Assembly: GCA_963665115.1 (NCBI GenBank)
Contig: OY762007.1
Location: 128,001 to 192,000 of the forward strand
Source of the DNA: an uncultured Rivularia sp.
GTDB lineage: Bacteria > Cyanobacteriota > Cyanobacteriia > Cyanobacteriales > Nostocaceae
Reading direction: 5' to 3'
DNA: 64,000 nucleotides
Translations under genes and position numbers: made by a program
The notes under the pieces: model-generated
What the model was told of the DNA's origin: nothing
What the model saw: only the letters and a program-made list of their open reading frames with translations
Databases searched by the model: none
Shown: positions 52,901 through 62,814 of the stretch, in pieces
How positions within the stretch are numbered: the stretch's first letter is position 1
How the letters are laid out: each line of letters starts with the position of its first letter

Positions 52901-52961
52901 CCGCACCATCACCGAAAACATTCAGCGTCAAGGATTTGCGCCGATTGAAGGGGCGGAATGA
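49956..52961 (+). CDS. putA: Bifunctional proline dehydrogenase / P5C dehydrogenase
   Basis: VDLLGE, FDMEQ, IRLVKGAYWD, AYLIRRLLEN; ISPWNFP, AEMGGKN, GQKCSA, EEIFGP; start codon uncertain (GTG at 49947 or 49956). Confidence 0.96.
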   Translation: MVLQVEKDIYEAKTQEIAKQLLSATGENRSLFSALRDQMRPDDKLLAWAMSNPGLRVQLFRFIDTLPALKSNAEIAAHLQEYLGDDSVELPAALKGMLNFANPDSMPGKVAATTVSKSVETLAHRYIAGENIKQALKSIERLRKEKMAFTVDLLGEAVITEIEAQSYLQRYTDLMAQLAEASQKWKNVALIDEADGEALPKVQVSVKLTAFYSQFDPLDDKGSEEKVVSHIRTLLRRAKELGVAIHFDMEQYIYKDLTFNILKKLLMEEEFKQRTDIGMTIQAYLRDSEEDAKSLIEWAKQRGNPITIRLVKGAYWDQETITAEQKHWQQPVYNDKAATDINFERITQLLLENHQYIYAAIGSHNVRSQAKAIAIAQSLNIPQRNFEMQVLYGMGDKIAKSLVEQGYRVRVYCPYGELLPGMAYLIRRLLENTANSSFIRQDMENRPVEELISPPVIREGEEGEEGEEGVEIVSASSVTSFHPAADSDYAMEELRKKSQTAFETVKNQLGKTYLPLINGEYVETEEKVDSVNPSNYSQVVGKVGLINVEQAETAMQAAKTAFKTWKKTSAKQRADIIRKAGDIMENRRAELSAWIVLEVGKPVREADAEVSEAIDFCHYYAAEMERLDKGFNYDVAGENNRYIYQPRGIAVVISPWNFPFAIATGMTVAALVTGNCTLLKPAETSAVIAAKITEVLVEAGIPKGVFQYVPGKGSVVGAYLVDHIETHVIAFTGSQEVGCKIYADAAILKPGQKHMKRVIAEMGGKNGLIIDESADLDQAVVGAVKSAFGYSGQKCSACSRVIVVESVYDTFINRFVEATKSLNIGETELPATQVGPVIDEKSQSRIREYIEKGKAEAEVALEMSAPENGYFVGPVIFGNVPADGTIAQEEIFGPVVAVIKVKNFQEALQVANNTNYALTGGLYSRTPSHIQQAQEEFEVGNLYINRTITGAIVSRQPFGGFKLSGVGSKAGGPDYLLQFLEPRTITENIQRQGFAPIEGAE

Positions 52962-53599
52962 TTTAGAGAGGGGGAAGAGGGGGTAGAGGGGGAAGAGGGG
53001 GTAGAATAAATTATTTTTAACTCCTCACTCCTCACTCCTAACTCCGCGCCTCCTAACTTTCTTCTCCCTCTCCCCCTCTTCCTCAGCGCCCTCCGCGCTC
53101 TCTGCGGTTGATTAAATCCGTAATTATAAAAAAATTGGGCATGAGGCATGGGGGATTGGGCATTGGGCATTGGTAATAGGGATGGGAAAAATATAACTCC
53201 ATCCGTTGCCTAACTTTCCTCCCCTCTCCCCTTTCTTTTTCTACAGTCGGGAAGTTAATCAAAACTAGTGTAATTATTGAACTTTTTTCATATAGACGTA
53301 GAGGTTTTAGGTGGCTTATCTTTTAAAGGTTTAAAAACAGGAATTTTAGGAGGAGAAATTAGTTTGTCGTTTGCGAGGTGAAGGACGTTTATGGGTACAA
53401 TCGCGCAACCTTTATCCTTTACTGAATTTTTTATATCCATTCCGTCCCCGCTAAATCAGAAAGCAGCAGTTGAAAAGGTGCAAAAGTTTAATTACCTGAA
53501 AGTTAAAGATTAGTAGTTTTGCTAATTACTAAATACTGGTTACGATATATACTTTTATCTAGTAGGTAAATAAAATAAAAGTATAATATCATCCCCATA

Positions 53600-54859
53600 A
53601 TGCTAAGAGCAAAAACAGCAGCAATCGCTTTAACAACACTCGCGGTTACAACGATTGCGATTTCAGAACATATAGTAGTGGCTCAAAAACCACCACAAAA
53701 AGTAGCGCTTTTAAAAGATTCACCCAAAGAAATAGTTGATGAGGTATGGCAAAAAGTCTATCGTCAATATATTAATGGTACTTTTAACGGACAAGATTGG
53801 CAGGCAGTTCGTAGAGAGTACCTAAATCGTTCTTATGTCTCGAATCAAGAAGCATATGCAGCGATTTCTCAAATGTTAAATAAACTCGAAGATCCCCTAA
53901 CTCGGTTTATGAACCCTGAAGAATTCAAGGGTATGCAGGAAGATCCAGACGCTGCCGCAATCGGACTTAATGTCAAGACTGACAAAAAAACTAAAGAATT
54001 GGTGGTTATTAGTTCTACAGAAGATGCTCCTGCTTATAAGGCTGGGATTTTACCAGGAGACATTCCGGTCAAAATTGACGGTAAAACTACTCAAGGGATG
54101 AATTCTATAAATGTTGTAAGTCGGCTGCGAGGTGAAGCTGGTACACCCGTAAATTTAACTGTTAGACGAGGACAAAAGCAGTTAGACTTTAAGGTTATCA
54201 GAGAAAAGATACAGTTGCCTTCGGTAAGTTATGAAGTGAAGAAAACGGAATCTGGCAATATTGGCTATATCCGTATCAGGGAATTTAACGATGATGCTAC
54301 CACGCAAATGCGTAACGCGATGGTCGATTTAGAAAACAAACAGGTAGCTGGCTATGTTCTAGATTTGCGTTCTAATTCAGGGGGTTTATTGTCCTCTAGT
54401 GTAGAAATTGCTCGTATGTGGCTCAATAAGGGTACGATTATGTCAACTGTCGGTCGCAAAGGTATAGTAGAGCGGCAAGTGGCTTCGGGAAGTGCTTTGA
54501 CAGATAAACCCTTAATCGTTATTGTTAATGACGCTACAGCTAGTGGAGCAGAAATTCTCAGCGCAGCATTGCAAGAAAACAATAGAGCAATTTTAATAGG
54601 CACCAAAACTAATGGTTATAATACAATCCAATCAATCCATTCTCTTGATGATGGTTCTGGTTTGGCTGTAACTGTAGAAAAGTGGCGCACTCCCAAAGGA
54701 CGAGATATTAACAATTTAGGAATTTCTCCCAATGTGGTTGTAAATTTAACTTCTTCTCAACAACTAGGCATGAATCAAAACCGTTCTTTTGGCACAATGG
54801 CAGATCCTCAGTTTTTTAAAGCTGTAGAAAAACTTACCCAATTAGCACGAAAAAAATAA
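53600..54859 (+). CDS. Carboxyl-terminal processing protease (S41/CtpA-like) with PDZ domain
   Basis: [36 protein letters not shown]; catalytic Lys site altered. Confidence 0.9.
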   Translation: MLRAKTAAIALTTLAVTTIAISEHIVVAQKPPQKVALLKDSPKEIVDEVWQKVYRQYINGTFNGQDWQAVRREYLNRSYVSNQEAYAAISQMLNKLEDPLTRFMNPEEFKGMQEDPDAAAIGLNVKTDKKTKELVVISSTEDAPAYKAGILPGDIPVKIDGKTTQGMNSINVVSRLRGEAGTPVNLTVRRGQKQLDFKVIREKIQLPSVSYEVKKTESGNIGYIRIREFNDDATTQMRNAMVDLENKQVAGYVLDLRSNSGGLLSSSVEIARMWLNKGTIMSTVGRKGIVERQVASGSALTDKPLIVIVNDATASGAEILSAALQENNRAILIGTKTNGYNTIQSIHSLDDGSGLAVTVEKWRTPKGRDINNLGISPNVVVNLTSSQQLGMNQNRSFGTMADPQFFKAVEKLTQLARKK

Positions 54860-54894
54860 CTTTAAAAAGTCTCCCCTAGCGCTTTGCTACATCA

Positions 54895-54997
54895 TTAGTA
54901 CAGCACGGCGTAAGTAAGATACCCATCTGAAAATATAATCATAAGCATCAATCTGAGTCTAAAAAATGGGTGCGCTATTTAAGCCGTGTGGTACTAG
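54895..54997. mobile_element. MITE-like element (TAGTACAGCACGGCGTAA...TTAAGCCGTGTGGTACTAG)
   Basis: Imperfect TIRs; related to 39827-39937. Confidence 0.6.
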
Positions 54998-55284
54998 GAT
55001 AGTTAACAAAAATTCTGATTTTAACTTTAATTTGTCTACAGTAAGCGGGCATCTTGCCTGCACTACAATGATTATAATTTTTTTCGGTTATACAATTTAG
55101 CTACACATCAGCTTAATGCTTGGATCTCTCCGGGAATCGTCCACATTAAGTATTGTGAAATTTATGTCCGCAATATTGTTATAACTGCGGATACCTTACA
55201 AATCACTCATGTTTCCAATTTTTATGTTAAACAGCGCCACTACCGAACATAATATAAGAAACAAACCAGATTTAAGATAATCGC

Positions 55285-55743
55285 ATGGCTGAAATAACTG
55301 TAAAAGTTGTTGATTGGGAAGAGTATCCGGTAATTGAGATAATTAGAAGACGGGTATTTCAAGACGAACAAAAAGTACAAGCACAGCAAGATTTAGATGG
55401 GAAAGATAAATTGTGTCCGCAGTTGATTGCTTACTTAGATAACGCTGTGGTGGGTACTGCAAGAATTCGATATTTAGATAATAAAACGGCGAAAATTGAA
55501 AGATTAGCGGTTTTATCTTATGCCAGAGGGAACGGTATTGCTAAAAGGATTATGCAAAAAGCTTTGGAAGTGATAGTAAGCGAGCATATATCCGAAGTTA
55601 GGATTCACGCTCAAGAATATATCAAAGGATTACACCAGCAATTGGGTTTTGAACAAGTTGGTGAAGTCTTTCTTGAAGCCGGAATCCCTCATGTAAAAAT
55701 GGTGAAGACAGTTAACAATGAACAGTTACCAGTTACCAGTTAA
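55285..55743 (+). CDS. GNAT family N-acetyltransferase (ElaA/YjcF-like)
   Basis: IRRRVFQDEQ, GTARI, KIERLAVLSYARGNGIA, FLEAGIPHVKM. Confidence 0.92.
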   Translation: MAEITVKVVDWEEYPVIEIIRRRVFQDEQKVQAQQDLDGKDKLCPQLIAYLDNAVVGTARIRYLDNKTAKIERLAVLSYARGNGIAKRIMQKALEVIVSEHISEVRIHAQEYIKGLHQQLGFEQVGEVFLEAGIPHVKMVKTVNNEQLPVTS

Positions 55744-55963
55744 AATTAAGAGATGTAGTGGGAGCGTCTCGCTCCCTGGTGAAAATAAAGTTGCAAATCT
55801 TAATTTATCTCGTAAAGTTGCAAATCTTAATTTACCCCCATCTCCTTGTCTCCCCTTCGCGTTCGCCACTTCGCTCAACGGAGGGAACCTCCGCACGCGA
55901 GTGGACTCACCATCTCCCCATCTCCTTGTCTCCCCATTGCCCAATGCCTAATGCCCATCCTTC

Positions 55964-58420
55964 ATGAAACTGCTGATTCTCACAACAATCTGGCTGCTCG
56001 GTGCAATTTGCGATCGCGCTTGGTTTTTCTTTGATAAATCTATTCCGTCATGGGATCAAGCTGATTATTTAACTGGTAGTTTAAATTATTTACAGGCTCT
56101 ACAAAATCCCGACTTGTTAAATGGAGAATGGTGGCAAAGTTTATGGTTATTATCTTCAAAAATACCGCCATTTACTTACATCTTCACGGCTTTTATTCAA
56201 CATATTTACGGTAAAGGTTACGATCAAGCAACTTTGGTAATGCTTGGCTTCAGTGCGGTTTTAATCTTATCTGTATATGGTTTAGGCAAAATATTATTCA
56301 GCGATACCGTTGGTTTATGGGCAGCAGCATTGTGTCAAGTAATGCCCGGTTTATATCGATATCGTCTAGAATTTCTCTTAGATTATCCCCTAGCAGCAGT
56401 AGTAACATTAAGTTTCTTTTGCTTGACACTTTGGTTTTTCACTAACTTCACCTCTTCCCCCTCTTTCTTCCATGCGATATTCTTCGGTTTATCTTTCGGA
56501 TTAGCGTTGATGGTAAAGCAAACGGCGCTGTTTTTTCTGATAACTCCGATAATTTGGGTTGTAATTACAACAATACGTAAAGGATTGTGGGGAAGATTAT
56601 TACAATTAATCGGTGCTTTTTGCTTATCTACATTAATTTTTGGCTGGTGGTATCGTGCTAACTGGTTGCTGATTTTAACTTCCGGGAAACGAGCAACAGT
56701 AGATTCTGCAATTGCGGAAGGTGAAGCACCTTTAAATAGTTTAGAAGCTTGGACTTTTTATTGGCATCAATTACCATCACAAGTTTCTTTACCTTTGTTA
56801 ATAATTCCTATCTTTGCCTTATTACTTTATTGGGGGAAAGCCAAGGAAAAGAGAAAAGGCACAGAGGGGTTAGAATTATCAATTGCTTTGAAGTGGTTGG
56901 CAATCTTTTTAATTGGGGCTTATTTATTATCGTGCTTAAACCCTAATAAAGATTATCGTTATGTATTACCGTATTTACCAATTTTATCAGTATTTTTAGC
57001 TTATGGTTTAACTCGTTTTCAAAGCACTTTAGGAAAACGCATTCGTTGGGGTACTTTTGGTTTAGCAATCATTTTAATGCTGTTGAATTTATTCCCCATC
57101 GGTGGAATTCCGGGAAATTGGCTAACCCAGACTCTTAGCAGTAAAGTTCAACATCATCCTTATTTAAAAGCAAAACTTCCTCATTTCCAAGTTATAAAAC
57201 AAATCACCCAAACCGAACCATATTTGTATTCTACTTTGGGAGTATTACCTTCAACTCCAGAAATTAATCAGCATAATTTAAATTATTACGGAGCTTTGCA
57301 AAATTTCCAAGTATATGGAAGACAGGTAGGAACTAAAAAAAGCTTTGTAGATAAAGATGCGCGTTCAATATCTTGGTTTTTAACTAAATCTAAAAAACAA
57401 GGTTCCGTACCCAAAGCACAAAAGAAAATTATCAAAGTTGTAGAACAAAACGGTGATTTTAAGTTGAATAAAACTTGGAATTTACCCGATGGAAGTTTGC
57501 TGAAACTTTATCATCAAAAGAATCCACCTGTTGTGGTGGAAGAGAGAGGGGGAAGAGGGGGGATAAATAATATTAGTTTAGAAAAGGTTAAGGTACCGGA
57601 GATTGCACCACAGGGAAATCCGGTTCCGGTAACTTATACTTGGGAAGGTGATTGGGAAGAATTAAAGAATGGTTTAGTGCTTTTAACATGGAAGAATTCA
57701 GATAACTCAAAATGGATTCATGACCATGAAATTGCATTAGGAAAACTGTATCCTTATGGTATCAAACCTATTGGTAGATTCCAAGTTACCGAAACAATGG
57801 CGATGCTACCACCTGCCGAGATTAAAAATGGCAATTATACCTTAAAAGCAACTTACCTCGATCGGCTTACCGGAGAAACTTATCCGATAAAAATTCCCAA
57901 AACAACTTTACAAATAGATTCCCAAGCAACGCCTACCCCAGCACCAGAATTAGATTTATCTACACAATTGCGTACCTTAGCAGCAACTTTACCCCAAGGA
58001 ATCAAAGCATTAGATAAAGTATTTCAAGAAATTGGACGCATTAATCAATACGACCCCAATCAAAATTATTTAGTAGAAACACGTAAAGCTTTAGAATACC
58101 GCTTGCAGCAAGAACAAAATCTGGAATACGCTTATAGCATAGCCTTGACAAACATATTGCAGCGAAAAACAGAAAAGGCGATCGCATCTTTAAAAAGAGT
58201 AACTCAACTAGACAAAAATAACCCGTATGCTTGGGCTTATCTTGCATTCGTACAGCTTTACGACTTCCAAGGAGCAGCAGCAGAAAAATCCCTACAGCCA
58301 GCCTTAGCAAAATTACCAGATGTCACAGAAATTCAATATTTATCGGGAGTCGCTGCATTACAGCAAGGTAAATTAATCAAAGTATGGCAAGTTGTTAGAC
58401 AATTATCAATGAACAATTAA
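55964..58420 (+). CDS. Phospholipid-carrier-dependent (GT-C; ArnT/PMT-like) glycosyltransferase with C-terminal TPR
   Basis: PSWDQADY, KIPPFTY, FLLDYPL, many TM helices, NKDYRYVLP. Confidence 0.85.
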   Translation: MKLLILTTIWLLGAICDRAWFFFDKSIPSWDQADYLTGSLNYLQALQNPDLLNGEWWQSLWLLSSKIPPFTYIFTAFIQHIYGKGYDQATLVMLGFSAVLILSVYGLGKILFSDTVGLWAAALCQVMPGLYRYRLEFLLDYPLAAVVTLSFFCLTLWFFTNFTSSPSFFHAIFFGLSFGLALMVKQTALFFLITPIIWVVITTIRKGLWGRLLQLIGAFCLSTLIFGWWYRANWLLILTSGKRATVDSAIAEGEAPLNSLEAWTFYWHQLPSQVSLPLLIIPIFALLLYWGKAKEKRKGTEGLELSIALKWLAIFLIGAYLLSCLNPNKDYRYVLPYLPILSVFLAYGLTRFQSTLGKRIRWGTFGLAIILMLLNLFPIGGIPGNWLTQTLSSKVQHHPYLKAKLPHFQVIKQITQTEPYLYSTLGVLPSTPEINQHNLNYYGALQNFQVYGRQVGTKKSFVDKDARSISWFLTKSKKQGSVPKAQKKIIKVVEQNGDFKLNKTWNLPDGSLLKLYHQKNPPVVVEERGGRGGINNISLEKVKVPEIAPQGNPVPVTYTWEGDWEELKNGLVLLTWKNSDNSKWIHDHEIALGKLYPYGIKPIGRFQVTETMAMLPPAEIKNGNYTLKATYLDRLTGETYPIKIPKTTLQIDSQATPTPAPELDLSTQLRTLAATLPQGIKALDKVFQEIGRINQYDPNQNYLVETRKALEYRLQQEQNLEYAYSIALTNILQRKTEKAIASLKRVTQLDKNNPYAWAYLAFVQLYDFQGAAAEKSLQPALAKLPDVTEIQYLSGVAALQQGKLIKVWQVVRQLSMNN

Positions 58421-58574
58421 CAATTATCAATTGTAGGGGAGGCAAATTTGGGTGTAGATTTTCTTCCCCCAATATTGCCGTTGTGTTACGGCACGAGCAA
58501 ATTTTGTTCAAGATTACTATTTAAATAATGCCGTAACGCACCATTCCGATTCTTAACCAACTAACAACTAACAA

Positions 58575-58951
58575 CTACAAAGTATAGTAACTCAAAATCC
58601 GATAAACCTCATCCACCGCATTATCTTTATTAAATTGAAATTCTTTTGGTAAATCATCACCAGAAATCCAAACCTTAATTTCGGCATCTAAATCTACAGT
58701 ATACCGGCACTTTCCTTACTAAAATATTTAATCGACTTATAGGGAATTGATAAAAACTCAGTTTTCTTACCCGTCATTCCTTGCTTATCAATTAAAATAA
58801 TTCTTTTATTAGTAAAAACAACCAAATCTCTAATTAATTTAAAAGCTTTATGCATATTTTCTCCTTCAATCATTAAAGAAGCAAGTTCCCTTTCCAGCTT
58901 CTCCGGATTTACTTCCGATGCATTACCCATCATTCCGCTGAAAATTCCCAT
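58575..58951 (-). CDS. Bacterial PH domain protein; frameshift at ~58695-58703
   Basis: FKLIRDLVVFTNKRIILIDKQGMTGKK; continues in another frame as DLDAEIKVWISG...LSYYTL*. Confidence 0.85.
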
Positions 58952-59085
58952 ATTGTTACCTCTAATAAGTAATAAATTTGATTGATTCTAACTTATTTAT
59001 AGATATTCTGAATTGCTTGCAATAAATGTAGAGACGTAGCATTGCTACGTCTCCCAATATTTAGTAGTGACTACCATTTAAAAAT

Positions 59086-60060
59086 TCACTTCGTCTGAAA
59101 AATATTCTGCACCATCTTCTTATCAGTATTCGCTGCTGCCTTATCTAATTCTGCAATCTCCCCAGCATCCAATTCCCAACCCAAAGCCCCAATATTCTGC
59201 CGTGCTTGCTCTGCATTCTTAGCCCCAGGAATCGGAATCGTACCCTTACAAATACACCAATTAATAGCCACCTGAGACATGGTTTTATTTCTAGATTCCG
59301 CCACTTCTCGCAAACAATCCAATAACGATTTTGCACCGGGAATTAATTGTTTAAATAGAAAATTTCTAATACCTTTAGGATATTTACTTTTATCTGTATA
59401 CTTACCCGTCAAAATTCCCAAACATAAAGGGCTATAGGCAATTAATTTTATTCCTAACTCGTCGCAAACTTCCTTAACTCCCAACTCCGTTACCGGATAA
59501 GTTGATAGTAAAGAATACTGTACCTGTAAAGTTGCGATCGCGATTCCTCTTTCGGCAAACTTCTGATGTACTTTCCTCAATCTTTTAGAGCCATAATTCG
59601 ATAAACCTACCCCCTTAACCAAACCTTGCTCGTACAAATCCCCCAACCCATCTAATAAAGCCCATTCTTGCCAAGGGAAATAATTCGCCGTTGACCAGTG
59701 CATCTGTACCAAATCAATATTTTTATCTAAACGTTTTGCAGAAGCTTTACCAGCAGACACCATCGCCCCCCTAGTCAACCTCCAAGGATAAGCAGCAAGT
59801 TTGGTGGCAATGCAGATATCATCTTTATTTACACCGTCATATTCTTTTGTAAAACGTCCTAAAAGCTTTTCGCTCTGCCCATTGAGCTTACCCGTACCGT
59901 AGGAATCACCAGTATCAAATAAAGTTACACCATTGCTTACACAAAGGTTAAATACCTCTTGTAAATCATCATCCATGCTTTGACTGTATCCCCAAAGCAC
60001 CTTGTTGCCCCATGCCCAAGTGCCGCAACCCATCGTAGGAAATAAGATTTGGTTATCCAT
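59086..60060 (-). CDS. Aldo/keto reductase (pyridoxal reductase-like)
   Basis: GCGTWAWG, FDTGDSYG, IATK, VGLSNYG, QVQYSLL, IAYSPL, PIPGAK. Confidence 0.93.
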   Translation of the reverse strand: MDNQILFPTMGCGTWAWGNKVLWGYSQSMDDDLQEVFNLCVSNGVTLFDTGDSYGTGKLNGQSEKLLGRFTKEYDGVNKDDICIATKLAAYPWRLTRGAMVSAGKASAKRLDKNIDLVQMHWSTANYFPWQEWALLDGLGDLYEQGLVKGVGLSNYGSKRLRKVHQKFAERGIAIATLQVQYSLLSTYPVTELGVKEVCDELGIKLIAYSPLCLGILTGKYTDKSKYPKGIRNFLFKQLIPGAKSLLDCLREVAESRNKTMSQVAINWCICKGTIPIPGAKNAEQARQNIGALGWELDAGEIAELDKAAANTDKKMVQNIFQTK

Positions 60061-60131
60061 CTTTAAATTATTTTTGAATTATAGTAGATGTGCTAACCTT
60101 ATTATTTATTAAAGGGGTAACTTGATATATT

Positions 60132-60788
60132 TTATTTATTAAAGATAGATTTATTTTTATCCATAGATAGCTGTCTTTCAATCATCTCTATTTCTTTAAG
60201 GTGATTTCGTTTATTTAAGTGTTTTGATTTCAAAATATTAGATATATGGGAAATGAAACCTACTGCATCATTAAAACTATTTGATTCTCGTAATGCTTGA
60301 TAAAAATCACGAATTTCAGGAGGTGAAGGATCGACAAATGTTCGTAATTCAGTAATATCAAGTCTACGGTTAAATTCGTTTACAATATCTCGCCATTGAT
60401 GCAAAAGCCGAAACATATCTTGATATTTGTCTTCGGCAAAAACACCAGATGTAATAGCTGTTTCTGTCACTGACATTAATAATCGTGGGTATACTAGCGG
60501 GTGCTCAATAGTATCTATATTTAGATGGAAACGAGAATCCGATAAAATTGCTTTATTATCTTGAAACTCGCGATATAAAGCAAGTAAAAGTACTCTCCGC
60601 TCTTCTTTTACAGATGCCCACCTTTCAGCAAAAATACCTGTTAATGTTGCTAGTAAACCAATAGCTGTTAATGCTGGTTCAAAAATATTATTTTTTTGTG
60701 AATCAATAATGAGCCAGGTAATAGCTAAAATTAAGCCACTAACTAAAGAACAAAAAGTTATAGAACTAACAATATTTTTTATATTCAT
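60132..60788 (-). CDS. Hypothetical protein with two N-terminal TM helices
   Basis: 218-aa ORF starting 5 nt after the stop of the methyltransferase gene. Confidence 0.75.
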   Translation of the reverse strand: MNIKNIVSSITFCSLVSGLILAITWLIIDSQKNNIFEPALTAIGLLATLTGIFAERWASVKEERRVLLLALYREFQDNKAILSDSRFHLNIDTIEHPLVYPRLLMSVTETAITSGVFAEDKYQDMFRLLHQWRDIVNEFNRRLDITELRTFVDPSPPEIRDFYQALRESNSFNDAVGFISHISNILKSKHLNKRNHLKEIEMIERQLSMDKNKSIFNK

Positions 60789-60793
60789 TTTTT

Positions 60794-61954
60794 TTAATTA
60801 TTCCATACTGCATTTGCAAGTGAATAATTATTTTCATCATCACTTACAGTTCCGTTAGGAGCAAGTAAAATTAAATCCATACCAAATTTATTGCGATTGT
60901 TTGGTTCTGAAAGCGTATTTAATCTATCAATAATTGATAATCCACTTTCTGATATAACTTGATCAATACCAGAACGAGTATATTTCCTAGTTAATAATAA
61001 GCGAATCGTGTCTTGTTCGATAAAATTTATACTAGACCTATCAAGTAACATCACTTTATCTGGTTTTCCGGTAATGTTACGATAAACAGCTTTTAACAAG
61101 ATAGCTTTATCTAGCTTTTCGATAGAACTTTCAAAAAAAACGCTGTTTAAATCAATATCTAAATCTGTGTGTTGAAGTAAAGCGCTAGTTACAAACTCTT
61201 TAAAAGATTTACTATTGTCGTACTCATTAACCGTATCTTGTAATGCTTGGTTGCTCAAATCTTTCGTGGAAGCTACTTCTATAAGAAATTTATCTTCAGA
61301 ACGCATTAATTTTGATAGAGTTTGCAAAACTTTAGCATCGTCCTCAAAATTAGCAAGTGTATTTCCTAAAAGAGAAAATAATACAGGGGTATCTCCTACA
61401 ACTCGATCTAGTAACCTTTGTAAATCACTGATACTCTTAGAAGTTGAAAAATCCACTTGAACTGGTAGAATTTGGCTGCCTTTTAATTGCAATCCTTTAG
61501 CAACTCCTTGAACACCCAACCTGAGCATTTCCGCACTCATATCAACCGGAAAATATAGTAAATCGGGATTAGTTTTAAGAAATAAACGTAAAATACTTCT
61601 ATCCTTCATTCCCGTACCTACACCTAAGCTGACATAGTGATATTTTTTATCCTCCAGTTTTGACTGAATTTGATGCCATCGACCTCCGAACGAATCAATA
61701 CCTTCCTTCATAACCACGTACAATGGGTCGTTACAGGCATAAGCCCAAGCAATTGTCGGACCTATCCCCCAGTACGCAAAACCCGATGGAATCTGTTTTT
61801 CATCCCCGGTTTCAGAGAACCCCTTTCTCAGATGCTTGGTAAATTCGGTTAATTTCTTCGATTGTTCTTCTCCTCCTACAAAGCAAAGAGTCCATCCTAA
61901 AACTCCTTCGCTGACAGAATCTTCAAGTAGTTCCTCAAAATTAAAGTTCACCAT
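60794..61954 (-). CDS. Divergent EgtD-like (Methyltransf_33) SAM-dependent methyltransferase
   Basis: YVSLGVGTGMKD, YFPVDMSAEML, LLGNTLANF, DTIRLLLTRKY. Confidence 0.75.
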   Translation of the reverse strand: MVNFNFEELLEDSVSEGVLGWTLCFVGGEEQSKKLTEFTKHLRKGFSETGDEKQIPSGFAYWGIGPTIAWAYACNDPLYVVMKEGIDSFGGRWHQIQSKLEDKKYHYVSLGVGTGMKDRSILRLFLKTNPDLLYFPVDMSAEMLRLGVQGVAKGLQLKGSQILPVQVDFSTSKSISDLQRLLDRVVGDTPVLFSLLGNTLANFEDDAKVLQTLSKLMRSEDKFLIEVASTKDLSNQALQDTVNEYDNSKSFKEFVTSALLQHTDLDIDLNSVFFESSIEKLDKAILLKAVYRNITGKPDKVMLLDRSSINFIEQDTIRLLLTRKYTRSGIDQVISESGLSIIDRLNTLSEPNNRNKFGMDLILLAPNGTVSDDENNYSLANAVWNN

Positions 61955-62469
61955 ACTGTCTTTTATCCTTCACTGCACGCCTGCTTTAATGTTTCATATA
62001 ATTTTAAGATAAAACAAGCATACTTAAGTATATCTTTTACTTTTAAATAACAAAGGTATTCATTGCTAGTCTTGCAGTTAGCAATGAAATTTATTTGTCA
62101 AGTATTTTGTATACAATTTTTTATTGTTCGGGCAAATAAAACGGATTATATTCAACACCAAACTTTCCATATCTTCCCAAATATTCATTATCAACATGAG
62201 CGTGTTTTTAAATCCCCATATAATCTTTTCGCGGTTTCTCCGGTACAAAGCAAAGTCTTTCGTTATCTCATAAATATGGTTCTTCAGCACTTGTTATGGT
62301 TATTAAATTGTCGTAAAAAGCTAGCTTTGCTGCTTTGCTGAAGGAAAAAAAGGAAGATATTAGTAACAAATGAAGTAAACAAGAATCAAAACCTTTTCAT
62401 AGTAAGTGTTACAGCTATTTTTATTTATGATTTAGCATAGTCTGTAATGAAGAGCTAATTATTTATTTA

Positions 62470-62814
62470 TTAAAACAGTAACGGTTCAATTCTTGCTTGT
62501 ACTTCCTCAACCACATTTTCTGGAACCGTTTCTACAAATTGAACATTTCTAACTTTCCAATCAAGACATTTTATTTGATCTGTAAGAATAACACCATGAG
62601 TTTTAAGTTCAGAAGGTAAAGCAACTTCAAATGGATAACCTTTTTGTTGACTAGTTATCGGCAAAAATAAAGCTAAAGAAGTTTTCTGATTATAAATATA
62701 GGGAGAAATTACGAAAGCAGGTCTATAACCTCTTTGTTCGTGACCTTTAGTAGGATTAAAATCCAAATAAACAATGTCTCCTCTAGCAGGAATATATTCG
62801 TTATTCTGTGTCAC
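62470..62814 (-). CDS. mazF: MazF/PemK endoribonuclease toxin
   Basis: YIPARGDIVYLDFNPTKGHEQRGYRPAFVIS, PITSQQKGYPFEV, DQIKCLDW. Confidence 0.95.
   Translation of the reverse strand: MTQNNEYIPARGDIVYLDFNPTKGHEQRGYRPAFVISPYIYNQKTSLALFLPITSQQKGYPFEVALPSELKTHGVILTDQIKCLDWKVRNVQFVETVPENVVEEVQARIEPLLF

Noticed and set aside
55718..56034. Four overlapping short ORFs and a 22-bp tandem duplication (55786-55834)
   Set aside because: Made of REP, STRR and dispersed repeats; no coding signal. The duplication looks like local slippage.
62063..62341. Opposing short ORFs between the methyltransferase and mazF
   Set aside because: No recognisable motif or RBS; may be a remnant, but cannot be supported.
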